Shown in pieces: positions 10,154 through 19,915 of a stretch of DNA of 64,000 bases. A program made the translations under genes and the position numbers. Each line of letters begins with the position of its first letter. Within the stretch, counting starts at the first letter, position 1. This DNA is from Bdellovibrionota bacterium. Lineage in GTDB: Bacteria; Bdellovibrionota_C; UBA2361; OMII01. Location of the stretch: positions 32,001-96,000 of the forward strand of contig JBIJBE010000006.1 in assembly GCA_044345405.1 (NCBI GenBank). The letters are read 5' to 3'. The notes under the pieces were generated by a model. That model was not told the origin of the DNA and searched no databases. It worked only from the letters and a program-made list of their open reading frames with translations.

Positions 10154-11017
10154 ATGACTACCGCAAACTCTCAAGCACAAGCAGCCGAATCTCTGTCCAA
10201 GTTTCTTGATGTGATCGCGCAACTTCGTAATCCGAATGGCGGGTGCCCGTGGGATCTCAAACAGACCTTCGAGTCGTTGCGTTCTTGTCTCGTTGAGGAA
10301 TCGTATGAGGTGCTTGACGCGGTAGAGACGAGCGATGAAGCGGTGCGTGAGGAGCTCGGGGATCTCTTGTCGATCATCGCGCTCTACGCTCGAATTGCTG
10401 AAGAGAAGAACTCCTTTTCATTCGCGTCCGTTGTCGAAGGGATCACCGAGAAACTTGTTCGCCGACATCCACACGTCTTTGGTGATGTGAAGGTCAGCGG
10501 AGAGGCAGAGGTCTTAAAGAACTGGGAAGCTATCAAACAGCAGGAGCGCGCTGCGGACCCGAAGAAGGCAAAGGGTCTGCTCGACGGGCTACCTCGCTCA
10601 ATGCCAGCGCTTCAGAAGTGTCACGAGATCGGGGTGCGGTGCGCCCGAGTTGGGTTTGACTGGACAAACGCTGAGGGGGTCGCGGAAAAGGTACGTGAGG
10701 AGCTCGCCGAGTTCTTAGCGGAGCTTCCAAACCCCAAGAACGCAGCTATGAACGCCGGTGGAAAGCCGTTCAACAAGGAGCTCGTCTATGAGGAGTTCGG
10801 GGACCTCCTCTTCACCCTCGCTCAGGAGAGTCGCCATTTAGGGTTTAACGCGGAGGAGGCGCTGGCGGCAGCGAACGCGAAGTTCATGCGCCGATTCAAA
10901 ATCCTCGAACAGATCGCGACCGAAGAGACCCCGGAGAAACCTCTTAATACCCGTACGACCGAGGAGCTGGAGGCCCTCTGGCAACAGGTTAAAAAACGGG
11001 CCTCGAACGTTTCTTAA
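10154..11017 (+). CDS. mazG: Nucleoside triphosphate pyrophosphohydrolase MazG
   Basis: GCPWDLKQT, EESYEV, EELGDLL, KLVRRHPHVFG, GFDW and EEFGDLLF. Confidence 0.95.
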   Translation: MTTANSQAQAAESLSKFLDVIAQLRNPNGGCPWDLKQTFESLRSCLVEESYEVLDAVETSDEAVREELGDLLSIIALYARIAEEKNSFSFASVVEGITEKLVRRHPHVFGDVKVSGEAEVLKNWEAIKQQERAADPKKAKGLLDGLPRSMPALQKCHEIGVRCARVGFDWTNAEGVAEKVREELAEFLAELPNPKNAAMNAGGKPFNKELVYEEFGDLLFTLAQESRHLGFNAEEALAAANAKFMRRFKILEQIATEETPEKPLNTRTTEELEALWQQVKKRASNVS

Positions 11018-11166
11018 AGACCTCCACTTAAGGTATCTTTCAGGCCTTCTTACGGCGGAGAAGGGCTTTGAAAGCCAAGGTTTTCGCTGATTCGGCATGA
11101 GTTCGGTGGGTAGTGGATTGCCCGCGATCATGTCGTTTCTAGTTTAGCACCAGAGAGGCTGCACCA

Positions 11167-11343
11167 ATGCTCGTGCTATCCAGGAGGGTCGGAGATAGGA
11201 TCCTCATCGGCAAGGACGTTTGGCTAACCGTGGTCCAAATTGCCGGTGACAAAGTTCGGATCGGGATTGAGGCTCCCAAGGATGTTCCAATCATCCGACA
11301 GGAGATCCTCCCCGACGACAACCGTGACAAGCCATCGAACTAA
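11167..11343 (+). CDS. csrA: Carbon storage regulator CsrA (58 aa, absent from the ORF track)
   Basis: Manual translation: MLVLSRRVGDRILIGKDVWLTVVQIAGDKVRIGIEAPKDVPIIRQEILPDDNRDKPSN; GAGG RBS upstream. Confidence 0.95.
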   Translation: MLVLSRRVGDRILIGKDVWLTVVQIAGDKVRIGIEAPKDVPIIRQEILPDDNRDKPSN

Positions 11344-11655
11344 CGTATTCGATGCTTCGTGAGTCGAGGGATTGGGAATTGCAAAACGCGCCCAATCCTT
11401 CACTCACCTATCAACCGGTTGCTTGAGAGGTTTTCAAACAAAGCCCTTTTCTCCGCAACCTTTCGCGTGCACCTCCGTGCGTCGCGTAGCCGCATTTTCC
11501 CTACAAAAAGATTTATAATTCCAGGGAACTACGACTTTAAGCCACACACCACAAGTTCCGGGGTCCTTTACTTGTCGCAACGCACCGCCTGGTATACGAT
11601 TCCGGGGTCAAAAGCCACCTCACAGCGGGGTGCATGTAACTGATAAAAAACGCGT

Positions 11656-12966
11656 ATGCTACAAGCCATGAAGACAAATTTCACCGATTACAAGGTCGCG
11701 GACATCACCCTCGCTGATTGGGGCCGCAAAGAGATCGTTATCGCCGAGAAGGAGATGCCAGGACTCATGGCTCTTCGTGAAGAGTACGGCAAGTCGCAGC
11801 CTCTCAAGGGCGCTCGCATCGCCGGCTCCCTCCACATGACGATTCAGACAGCTGTTCTGATCGAGACCCTCATCGCCCTTGGCGCTGAGGTTCGTTGGTC
11901 GAGCTGCAACATCTTCTCAACGCAGGACCAAGCTGCAGCGGCCATCGCAGCGGTAGGCATACCGGTATTCGCCTGGAAGGGTGAGACCCTTGAGGAGTAC
12001 GACTGGTGCCTTGAGCAGACCGTGAACTTCAACGGCAAGGGACCAAACATGATCCTTGACGACGGTGGAGATCTCACGATGCTTGTGCACAACAAGTATC
12101 CAGAGATGATGAAGGACATCTACGGAATCTCTGAGGAGACAACAACAGGCGTTCACCGTTTGTACGAGATGCTCAAAGCGGGAACCCTCAAGGCTCCAGC
12201 CTTCAACGTTAACGATTCTGTGACGAAGTCGAAGTTCGACAACCTCTACGGATGTCGTGAGTCCCTCGCTGACGGAATCAAGCGCGCTACTGATGTTATG
12301 GTAGCGGGCAAGGTTGTTGTGGTAGCTGGATACGGAGATGTAGGCAAAGGTTCCGCTCACTCGATGAAGACCCTCGGCGCTCGCGTTCTCATCACTGAGA
12401 TCGACCCGATCTGCGCTCTTCAAGCGGCGATGGAAGGCTACCAAGTTGTAACGATGGAGACAGCAGCTCCTATCGCTGACATCTTCGTAACCGCGACCGG
12501 CAACGTAAACATCATCAACGAGAAGCACTTCAAGTTGATGAAGGACGAGGCCATCGTGTGCAACATCGGTCACTTCGATAACGAGATCGATATCGCGTGG
12601 CTCGAGAAGAACACCACCGAGATGAACATCAAGCCTCAGGTTGATAAGTTCGTTTTCAAGGATGGACGCGCTATCGTCGTGCTCGCTCGAGGACGTCTTG
12701 TGAACCTTGGTTGCGCTACTGGCCACCCAAGCTTCGTAATGTCGACCTCGTTCACGAACCAGACACTCGCTCAGATCGAGCTTTACACCAAGAAGGGACA
12801 ATACCCTGTTGGGGTATACGTTCTTCCGAAGTTTCTCGACGAGAAGGTTGCTCGCTTGCACCTCAACAAGCTTGGCGTTCAGCTCACTGAGCTCACCGAC
12901 CAACAAGCAGAGTACTTGAGCATGAAGAAGGAAGGTCCTTACAAGCCTGAGAACTATCGGTACTAA
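11656..12966 (+). CDS. ahcY: Adenosylhomocysteinase
   Basis: [38 protein letters not shown] and GHPSFVMS. Confidence 0.98.
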   Translation: MLQAMKTNFTDYKVADITLADWGRKEIVIAEKEMPGLMALREEYGKSQPLKGARIAGSLHMTIQTAVLIETLIALGAEVRWSSCNIFSTQDQAAAAIAAVGIPVFAWKGETLEEYDWCLEQTVNFNGKGPNMILDDGGDLTMLVHNKYPEMMKDIYGISEETTTGVHRLYEMLKAGTLKAPAFNVNDSVTKSKFDNLYGCRESLADGIKRATDVMVAGKVVVVAGYGDVGKGSAHSMKTLGARVLITEIDPICALQAAMEGYQVVTMETAAPIADIFVTATGNVNIINEKHFKLMKDEAIVCNIGHFDNEIDIAWLEKNTTEMNIKPQVDKFVFKDGRAIVVLARGRLVNLGCATGHPSFVMSTSFTNQTLAQIELYTKKGQYPVGVYVLPKFLDEKVARLHLNKLGVQLTELTDQQAEYLSMKKEGPYKPENYRY

Positions 12967-12997
12967 TATCCCGACCTCGCACGAGGTCGAGATTTAG

Positions 12998-13035
12998 AAA
13001 CCGCCACGGTGAAAGCCGTGGCGGTTTTTTTATTT
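12998..13035 (+). terminator. Intrinsic terminator after ahcY
   Basis: AAACCGCCACGG-tgaaag-CCGTGGCGGTTTTTTT. Confidence 0.88.
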
Positions 13036-13204
13036 CCTAAACCTCCCCGCACACCTTCGTCGAAAGTCCCCTGAAAAGAGTCTCTGAAAAGGGCAGAAAC
13101 CTCCTCGTTGGCTCTCATCCAAGCAGCCCTATCCGATCCGCTTTGAGCAACATTCTCTGCCCTACCCTTCATAATAGGGAAAGGCTCCAAAACAGGGATC
13201 GTTT

Positions 13205-14173
13205 ATGCGTCAGCTTTTCTTCCTTCTCGCTCTTTGTCCCATCCTTGTAGTGGGCTGCGTCAGGGAATCTGATGATGCAACGTCATCTGGAGGGGATGAC
13301 AACTCATCCAACAATCAGACAACCCCGTCCAATAAGGAGTTGTTCTTATGCGAGACCAAAGACCTCGAACCGGATTCCAGAGCCCAAATCGCAGACATGT
13401 TCACGACACAACGAAGTAGTCTCGCGGCGCTCGCCAACACCACAAGCGCCAAGACCACCTCGCTACCTGTCTATTTCCACGTTATCGGACGTGCAAGCTC
13501 CGAAACGAGCCGGGAAGTACCCGATGAAGCGCTCGTGGAGCAAATTGATGTCCTGAACCGAGCCTACTCGGGTAAAACCGGCGGAGCTTCCACCCCATTC
13601 CGATTTGCGTTGGGAGGAATTAATCACGTGGACAAACCCGAATGGAGAGCTATCTCGCCCGGCTCTGATGAAGAGACCGCCATGAAGAAAGCGCTCCGGG
13701 TAGGTGGCGTTACGACTTTGAACGTATACATCACGGACATCGTTCCGCCGCCGAATCAAAATGTGAAGGGGAAGATCTTAGGTTTCGCCACCTTCCCCTT
13801 TACCTATCGCATGCAACCAACTATGGACGGAGTGGTTCTCAACTACCGAGTCGTACCGGGAAGTGATGTGGCTAATTACAACGTTGGGCACGTACTGGTG
13901 CATGAGACTGGGCACTGGCTCGGACTCTTTCACACATTTACCGGTGGCTGTGAAAGTCCGATCAACGACCTGATTACAGACACTCCCCGGGAGGCGTTAC
14001 CAACCCCAGGTGAGTACTGTCCAACAAAGCGAGACTCCTGCCCACAATCGCAAGGCCTCGACCCGATTCACAATCATATGGCCTACACCGCGGACCGTTG
14101 CCGAACAGAGTTCACCCCAGGACAAGTTGCCTTCATGCGATTTACCATGATGCTCTTTCGAGGGGAGCGCTAA
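13205..14173 (+). CDS. M43 (ulilysin/pappalysin-like) zinc metalloprotease lipoprotein
   Basis: Lipobox VVGC, HETGHWLGLFHTF, DTP and the Met-turn NHMAYT. Confidence 0.9.
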   Translation: MRQLFFLLALCPILVVGCVRESDDATSSGGDDNSSNNQTTPSNKELFLCETKDLEPDSRAQIADMFTTQRSSLAALANTTSAKTTSLPVYFHVIGRASSETSREVPDEALVEQIDVLNRAYSGKTGGASTPFRFALGGINHVDKPEWRAISPGSDEETAMKKALRVGGVTTLNVYITDIVPPPNQNVKGKILGFATFPFTYRMQPTMDGVVLNYRVVPGSDVANYNVGHVLVHETGHWLGLFHTFTGGCESPINDLITDTPREALPTPGEYCPTKRDSCPQSQGLDPIHNHMAYTADRCRTEFTPGQVAFMRFTMMLFRGER

Positions 14174-14217
14174 AGGTAGGCTTGATTTCCTCCATGAGAC
14201 CATCCTAACCTCCTTAC

Positions 14218-14904
14218 GTGTCCGCTTTTCTCATCCATCAAGAACTCTCCTACCTCGTCCTTCTCGCCGATTCGCTGGGAACTAAGACCCATGCAGCCGG
14301 GGGCGCTCCGTATCCGGTGACGGCTCCCAAGCTCGTTCATGTCGCGCCAGGCGTATATGCCGCGCACGCCGGGACCCTACAGCCCGCCATCGACATGCTC
14401 TCGGAGCTTGGGGAGACCCTGACAACAGCGACCACCTGGGAGTCCATTACGTCTCGGATGCGTGCTATCGGCGAAAGCGTCTACGCCCGATACCAAGAAC
14501 GGTTCAAGTCTGACTCCTTCGATGTCCGAGTGGCTCTCGTATTGACCGGAGAGAGACGACACCCCTCTGACATCGAACACGACCGCAGCTCGTCGATCGT
14601 AGTGTGGGAGGTCGCGCGAAAGTTTGAGCCTCACCATACCACCGGTCACGTATACTTCGCGGGCAGCGCGCCCCTCTCGGAGCTCGCCACTAACTTCTTA
14701 GCACAACCCCTTCTCGCCGGTATGTTGCGACAAGGGCCCCTTGCGGCTGCTCACGCGCTTGTGGCGACGCACGCCGCGCTCTCCAAGTTGAGTTCGACCA
14801 TCTCCCCGGACGCGAATGTGGTGATCATCGGTGATGATGATGAACACACGGTACTTCACGGAACCCTTTTGGAGCTCGCGCAAGCGGTGCTCATGAAGGG
14901 ATGA
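14218..14904 (+). CDS. Putative Ntn-hydrolase, proteasome-beta/HslV-like fold
   Basis: Pattern S1...LVLLADS...PKL...AAHAG...FAGSA parallels T1...VLAADS...KI...AG...GSG of beta subunits. Confidence 0.5.
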   Translation: MSAFLIHQELSYLVLLADSLGTKTHAAGGAPYPVTAPKLVHVAPGVYAAHAGTLQPAIDMLSELGETLTTATTWESITSRMRAIGESVYARYQERFKSDSFDVRVALVLTGERRHPSDIEHDRSSSIVVWEVARKFEPHHTTGHVYFAGSAPLSELATNFLAQPLLAGMLRQGPLAAAHALVATHAALSKLSSTISPDANVVIIGDDDEHTVLHGTLLELAQAVLMKG

Positions 14905-14945
14905 TACTCCTCCTCTAACGGGACGAGCCTACTGGAATCTTCGAT

Positions 14946-16019
14946 ATGAGTTCATCACGGACAAACGGCTCCCGCTTCGAACGGCGCCTTTCTCGGACGG
15001 TTGCTCTATCGTTTACATGCTGTTCTGTGATCTATGTGGTCCTGTTTCTCGGGAATTACGAAAATAATATCCTCATATTTCTGGCTAACGTGTTCGCTCC
15101 GGCGCTCCTCATCATCGCTGCAGGGGTGACAGTCCTTGCCGAGCTTCTTGCCCTGGCGCGAAAAAAACCGCCACAGTTCCGAGAACGGGTCGTTCGGACA
15201 TCGCTTATCGTTTCCTTCCTTATACCCACCGTTGCCGGTGAGATTCGGGCCCATCCCCGACGGAATCTTTCAGGCATCCGGTCCGATTCTCAATTCACCG
15301 TCCTCGACGCGAACCTCTTGGGTCCAGTTGATGTTGATCCTGGCTTTTACGACGAGGTCGCTCGCAGGCGTCCCGATATCATTACCCTCCAGGAGTTGAA
15401 TCCAACCGTAGCGGAGCGATTGAGCGCTCGGCTCGGGGAGGACTATCCATGTAAGGTCGTCGAGGCGAAGCCCGCTGTATTCGGAATGGGGGTATTCTCT
15501 CGATTTCCGTGCGGGGAACGAGACTCCTCCCGCTTCCCCCGCGCGATCGGCGTTCCGCAGATAGTCGACGTTCAACTGCCAAACAACAAGACAGTCGGGG
15601 TGGTCAACGTTCATACGGTGCCACCGCACATCCTCATCAAGGGAAGGCACGACGATAACGATGTGCAGCAGCTCTCAAACGCGATCATTGAGCGCGAGCT
15701 ATTCGTCCAAGATATCATCAAGACGTCTCGTCTTATCGACACTGACGCCGCGGTCCTAGCGGGAGATTTTAACGCCACCACTCGGAATCGAGTCTATCGC
15801 CTCGTTCGTCAGATGGGATTGTTTGACGCGTTCTCCTCGGGAAGTAGAGTGCGCGGAGGGACCTGGCCCGGCCCACAGTTTCCACTTCCCTCATGGATGA
15901 TGCGCATAGACTTTATCTTTCACTGCGCGGGGCTGACATCTATCGCGGCGGAAACATTACCCAGCGGATATGGTTCGGATCATCGCGGTGTACTCGCGAC
16001 ACTCGCGTTTGTTCAATAG
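14946..16019 (+). CDS. Endonuclease/exonuclease/phosphatase (EEP) family protein with N-terminal TMs
   Basis: PDIITLQE, AGDFN, RIDFIF and GSDHR. Confidence 0.88.
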   Translation: MSSSRTNGSRFERRLSRTVALSFTCCSVIYVVLFLGNYENNILIFLANVFAPALLIIAAGVTVLAELLALARKKPPQFRERVVRTSLIVSFLIPTVAGEIRAHPRRNLSGIRSDSQFTVLDANLLGPVDVDPGFYDEVARRRPDIITLQELNPTVAERLSARLGEDYPCKVVEAKPAVFGMGVFSRFPCGERDSSRFPRAIGVPQIVDVQLPNNKTVGVVNVHTVPPHILIKGRHDDNDVQQLSNAIIERELFVQDIIKTSRLIDTDAAVLAGDFNATTRNRVYRLVRQMGLFDAFSSGSRVRGGTWPGPQFPLPSWMMRIDFIFHCAGLTSIAAETLPSGYGSDHRGVLATLAFVQ

Positions 16020-16060
16020 AGGTCAAGTAACCCCAGAGCGACGATGCGTCGCACGTCAGA

Positions 16061-16450
16061 TTAATTGAAGAGTGCCGGATACAGCAACTTGAATCGCGGT
16101 ATCTGCACGGTGACAAAATCCGCTTCACCTCTCTTGAAGAGATAGCTACCTTGCATCGCTCCGATCGGATCTTTGATAACGGTGCTGCTCGTGTACTCAA
16201 ATCGCTCCCCCGGCCTGAGAACGGGTTGAACGCCAACAACACCGGCGCCATTGACCTCGCCGGTTTGCTCGCCCGCGGATTCGATGATCCAGTGCCGCTC
16301 AAGAAGTTGCACGGTATCGCCGGATTGATTCTCAATCGCCACGTTGTAGGCGAAAACAAAGACGCCCTCAGCGGGGCGGGTCTCTTCAAAGATAGGTGCC
16401 GGCTCAACCGTCACCGTGATGCTTGCGGTTGTCTCAGTGAAGGTGCTCAT
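16061..16450 (-). CDS. apaG: ApaG protein
   Basis: FAYNVAIEN, QLLERHWII, GAGVVGVQPVL and YTS; ATG at 16450. Confidence 0.93.
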   Translation of the reverse strand: MSTFTETTASITVTVEPAPIFEETRPAEGVFVFAYNVAIENQSGDTVQLLERHWIIESAGEQTGEVNGAGVVGVQPVLRPGERFEYTSSTVIKDPIGAMQGSYLFKRGEADFVTVQIPRFKLLYPALFN

Positions 16451-16525
16451 ACGTTTAATGCTAACTAAGTAACGGTGCGCTGAAAAGGGTGTCACGTTCT
16501 GGATGCTGGATTAAGGCCACGTTCC

Positions 16526-17524
16526 ATGATACCTGACCCTAGGCGCATGAAACTTCCCCTCCACACCACTATTGCCCCCTTACGTCCCTATCATGGGGCT
16601 GTAAAGGGTCATGAGGTGGTGAACGAGTGCCGGAAGGTGTGGAGCCTTATGATGAGGTCGCCACACTGGAACGGGATCCGAAAGTCACTTTCGACTCTCC
16701 TGAGCGACACAAACCTCTCTGGAACCGACATAAACCTCCATGCCGACGCTATCTCGGCGACGTTACCCCCCGGCCTAGAGTACGAGGGACTGAAAGATAT
16801 CTGTCGGTCCCTCATTTCGTGGCGAACGGGTCCCTATCAGCTAGGGGAGTTCGCGCTCGATACGGAGTGGCGTTCGCACATGAAGTGGCGGCGAGTATCC
16901 CCTATGATCCCGCAACGCTCGGGGATGCGGATCGCCGATGTCGGATGCAGCAACGGCTACTTTCTCTATAAGCTCTCGACGTTACATCCAGAGATAGCCA
17001 TCGGCTTTGATCCGGTCGAGCGCTGTTGGCTCCAATTCGCGTTGCTTCAGTCAATTCTGCGCGTCCCGAACCTGGCGTTCCTACCGATGGGGATCCTCGG
17101 GCTCGACGCTTTCCCGGAATTCTTCGATTTCATCTTGTGCATGGGGGTTATCTATCATCAACGTGATCAAGCGCTCGCAGTCAGGAAACTCTACGACGCG
17201 ACACGACCCGGCGGACACGTGCTTCTTGAAAGCCTTGTGGTGCCTGGCGATGAGCCACTCACTATTACGCCACCCGATCGGTACGCGAAGATGCGCAATG
17301 CGTGGACGATGCCCTCAGCCGCGTCACTCAAAACTCTTTTCCTAAACGCTGGATTTCAAGATGTCCGCGTTGAATCGTTCGGCCCCTTAACCACCTTTGA
17401 GCAACGACGTACTGAGCTTGCGCCATTTGAGAGTTTGTCCGACTTCCTTGACCCGAACGATCCTTCACGCACCGTTGAGGGACATCCCGCCCCGCATACA
17501 GCCGCGGTTATCGGACGAAAGTAG
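16526..17524 (+). CDS. cmoB: tRNA U34 carboxymethyltransferase CmoB (start uncertain)
   Basis: WRTGPY, DTEWRS, DVGCSNGY, MGVIYH, RYAKMRN and ESLSDFLDP...TVEGHPAP. Confidence 0.92.
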   Translation: MIPDPRRMKLPLHTTIAPLRPYHGAVKGHEVVNECRKVWSLMMRSPHWNGIRKSLSTLLSDTNLSGTDINLHADAISATLPPGLEYEGLKDICRSLISWRTGPYQLGEFALDTEWRSHMKWRRVSPMIPQRSGMRIADVGCSNGYFLYKLSTLHPEIAIGFDPVERCWLQFALLQSILRVPNLAFLPMGILGLDAFPEFFDFILCMGVIYHQRDQALAVRKLYDATRPGGHVLLESLVVPGDEPLTITPPDRYAKMRNAWTMPSAASLKTLFLNAGFQDVRVESFGPLTTFEQRRTELAPFESLSDFLDPNDPSRTVEGHPAPHTAAVIGRK

Positions 17525-17535
17525 GCTCGTAAAAC

Positions 17536-18420
17536 TTAGTACTCAGCGCCGATCAGAAGCTCCTCGATACTCACATCGAGCGCCTTCGCCAACTTTGAGA
17601 TCGCGCCGATGCTGATGTTTTGCTTTCCGTGCTCCACCGCGCTGATGTAGGCACGGTCAAGGTCTGAGTTAGTCGCAAGCTCCTGCTGGCTGAAACCTCG
17701 TAGCTTTCGATACTCGTGAACGGAGTGACCGAGCTTTCGCAAGAAGAGTCCGAGCGAGTTCTCAGCGTTTAAGAGACCACACACCTGCCGCGCCGAGATC
17801 ACCGCCGTCTGTGGGTCAGCTGCGAACGCGTCGGCTTTAACCTGTTCGGCGAGGTCGGGATTCATGATAAACGTCGCGCCACCAACGATAACTTTCGGAG
17901 CCGGATTGAGCTTCTTCAATTCCTGAACTAACTTCGCCGCCACCGGAACGAGTCCGGTCAGGGAGCACGACACACACACAAGGTGCGCACCGCGAGCTTT
18001 CGAAAACGGTACGAGATGATCCGTTGGTACGTCAGCACCGAGGAAGTCGACCTCCCATCCATCCACCGAGAGAAAATCCGCGACAGCTTGGGCCCCGATA
18101 AAATGTTGGTCACCCTCAACGGAGCTAACCACCGCTTTGAGACCGAGCTTTAGCCGGGTCTTTAAGAGACCCTTGAGGCGGGTCATCTGTCGTAAGGTAA
18201 TCTGCGTGGCGATGTGTTCTTGCGGTATAGAGATCTCTCCTCTGTGCCAGCGGGCGCCTAGCTCTACCTGCACGGGCATAAGGACGTCGAGGTACAGCTT
18301 TGAGGGAATGACTCCACTGGCGAGGCCCTGGTCCAGAACCTTGTGCGCTTCATCCGCATTACCGTCTAAAACGGCCGTAGCGTATGCGCTCCTCAGCTTG
18401 GTAAGTATGTCTGTGACCAC
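17536..18420 (-). CDS. Cobalamin-binding domain protein with C-terminal XRE (HTH_3) domain
   Basis: W-x9-EH helical bundle, DQHFIG B12 motif, Rossmann VGG and C-terminal SQQELA...DRAYISAVEHGKQNIS. Confidence 0.85.
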   Translation of the reverse strand: MVTDILTKLRSAYATAVLDGNADEAHKVLDQGLASGVIPSKLYLDVLMPVQVELGARWHRGEISIPQEHIATQITLRQMTRLKGLLKTRLKLGLKAVVSSVEGDQHFIGAQAVADFLSVDGWEVDFLGADVPTDHLVPFSKARGAHLVCVSCSLTGLVPVAAKLVQELKKLNPAPKVIVGGATFIMNPDLAEQVKADAFAADPQTAVISARQVCGLLNAENSLGLFLRKLGHSVHEYRKLRGFSQQELATNSDLDRAYISAVEHGKQNISIGAISKLAKALDVSIEELLIGAEY

Positions 18421-18595
18421 AAAACCACCTCGTGTATTTGTTATATACCAAATTATGGTAGCAGATGCTGAATAAAGACACCAGCAGAGGTCGCTGGATT
18501 GAGTAAATAGAACAGTTTGTGGTGACGATCAAAAAGCCACGCTGTTTCAATATGTTAAATCACCGAACTCCTGGGACCAGACATAACCCTAGGGT

Positions 18596-19573
18596 ATGAG
18601 TTCGCTGCGAGACCACTTCCAAACACTGGGGCTAACGGAAAACGCCTCCCTTGATGACGCACTCGCGTCGTACAAGGACCTCGTGCGGGTGTGGCATCCG
18701 GACCGCTTCGGTCACGACGCTCGGTTAAGAAAGAAGGCCGAGGAGCAAACGAGTCGAATCAACGTGGCGATGGCTCAGGTACGGGAGTTCTTTAAAAATC
18801 CATCTGCGTATCGCCGTCAAAACGAGCCACAAGCGACCCATCGTTCCGCGCCGCCGACCAGCGCCCCTCCCGTAGCACCGTCGCTTGGAAAGGCGCTCGC
18901 TGTTCACCAGCGGAGAGGCGTTTCCTTGGCTCATATCGCGTTCGGCCTCCTCGTTCTTCAGCTCGGATGGTGGATGTCTATTGAACACCCTGGAACCGCC
19001 GGACAGATTGCGCTCGGCGTGGTGATGTGCGGCTACGGCTTCTCCTCCGCGCTTTTCGCGCTCACAATCCTATGCTTCCGAAGACCTGTCATTTCCCTGA
19101 CAAATAGCTCGATCGGGATACTCGGCAGACCAAGGATTCGCATCGACGAGATAGCGGCATCGCACTTGGTGGTTACAACAAAAGGCTCCGTTTTTACTCT
19201 GCAAGCATCACCCCGTTACCTGAAGAGAACCCCGCTTCCGCTCAGATTGTGGCTTCAAGGACTTCTTCTCGCTCGGCGTAGTCACTACGAGGTGAAAGCG
19301 ACCGCTCTTGATACGCACCCGGCGGTTATCCTCGACACCTTAGACCTCATAACCGCTCGAGGTGTCGCACCATCGCCAGCCCCATCTCCGCACGTGGCCG
19401 CCTGGGGATACTACGCCTTCGCGTTTTCTATCGTGACCTTGGCAGTGCCGGTCATCCGTCTCTTTATGGAGGGGCCGTTACCGCCGACAGCTGTCCTCCC
19501 GTACCTGGCCCTCTTTGCCATATTACAGACGAGCTCGGTCATTAAAACGGTCGTTCTAGCGCCAACTCGATAA
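18596..19573 (+). CDS. DnaJ-domain membrane protein
   Basis: N-terminal J domain with WHPDRF, followed by hydrophobic TM segments. Confidence 0.8.
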   Translation: MSSLRDHFQTLGLTENASLDDALASYKDLVRVWHPDRFGHDARLRKKAEEQTSRINVAMAQVREFFKNPSAYRRQNEPQATHRSAPPTSAPPVAPSLGKALAVHQRRGVSLAHIAFGLLVLQLGWWMSIEHPGTAGQIALGVVMCGYGFSSALFALTILCFRRPVISLTNSSIGILGRPRIRIDEIAASHLVVTTKGSVFTLQASPRYLKRTPLPLRLWLQGLLLARRSHYEVKATALDTHPAVILDTLDLITARGVAPSPAPSPHVAAWGYYAFAFSIVTLAVPVIRLFMEGPLPPTAVLPYLALFAILQTSSVIKTVVLAPTR

Positions 19574-19706
19574 CCCGAGCCACCGATTGAAACCTTGGGT
19601 AAGACTCGCTATAAATGAGAAAAAGGCACCGTGAGGTGTCTCTTTTGCGGACCGATTCCGGGCTCTCAAGCGTCTAGTAGAGAGAGACCCAGTTCTTGGT
19701 TCTTGG

Positions 19707-19782
19707 GCCGCCCTAGCTCAGTTGGTAGAGCACTTCATTCGTAATGAAGGGGTCGCGTGTTCGATTCACGTGGGCGGCTCCA
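19707..19782 (+). tRNA. tRNA-Thr(CGT)
   Basis: GCCGCCC/GGGCGGC acceptor stem, D arm AGCTCAGTTGGTAGAGC, anticodon arm CTTCA-TTCGTAA-TGAAG, TTCGATT T-loop and encoded CCA. Confidence 0.97.
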
Positions 19783-19915
19783 ATCTTCGCTTCCTTCGGA
19801 AGCTTCGGCTGGCGGGCCGTCTTCCCTCCTCCACATAGCCTCTCAGGTATCCAACGCTCTCAAATCCCAGACTTCACTAGTCTCTAATAGTCGTCTTCTA
19901 GAGGAATCATTATCA

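Noticed and set aside
11344-11655. SAH or SAM riboswitch upstream of ahcY
   Set aside because: I could not find the SAH (GAGGAGCG...CAGGCUC) or SAM-I core motifs.
11917-12906. 329-aa antisense ORF, and similar shadow ORFs elsewhere
   Set aside because: It mirrors the strongly codon-biased ahcY gene and has no recognisable motifs.
19757-19915. Listed upstream start of the PLP enzyme
   Set aside because: It begins inside tRNA-Thr; the ATG at 19916 has a plausible RBS.
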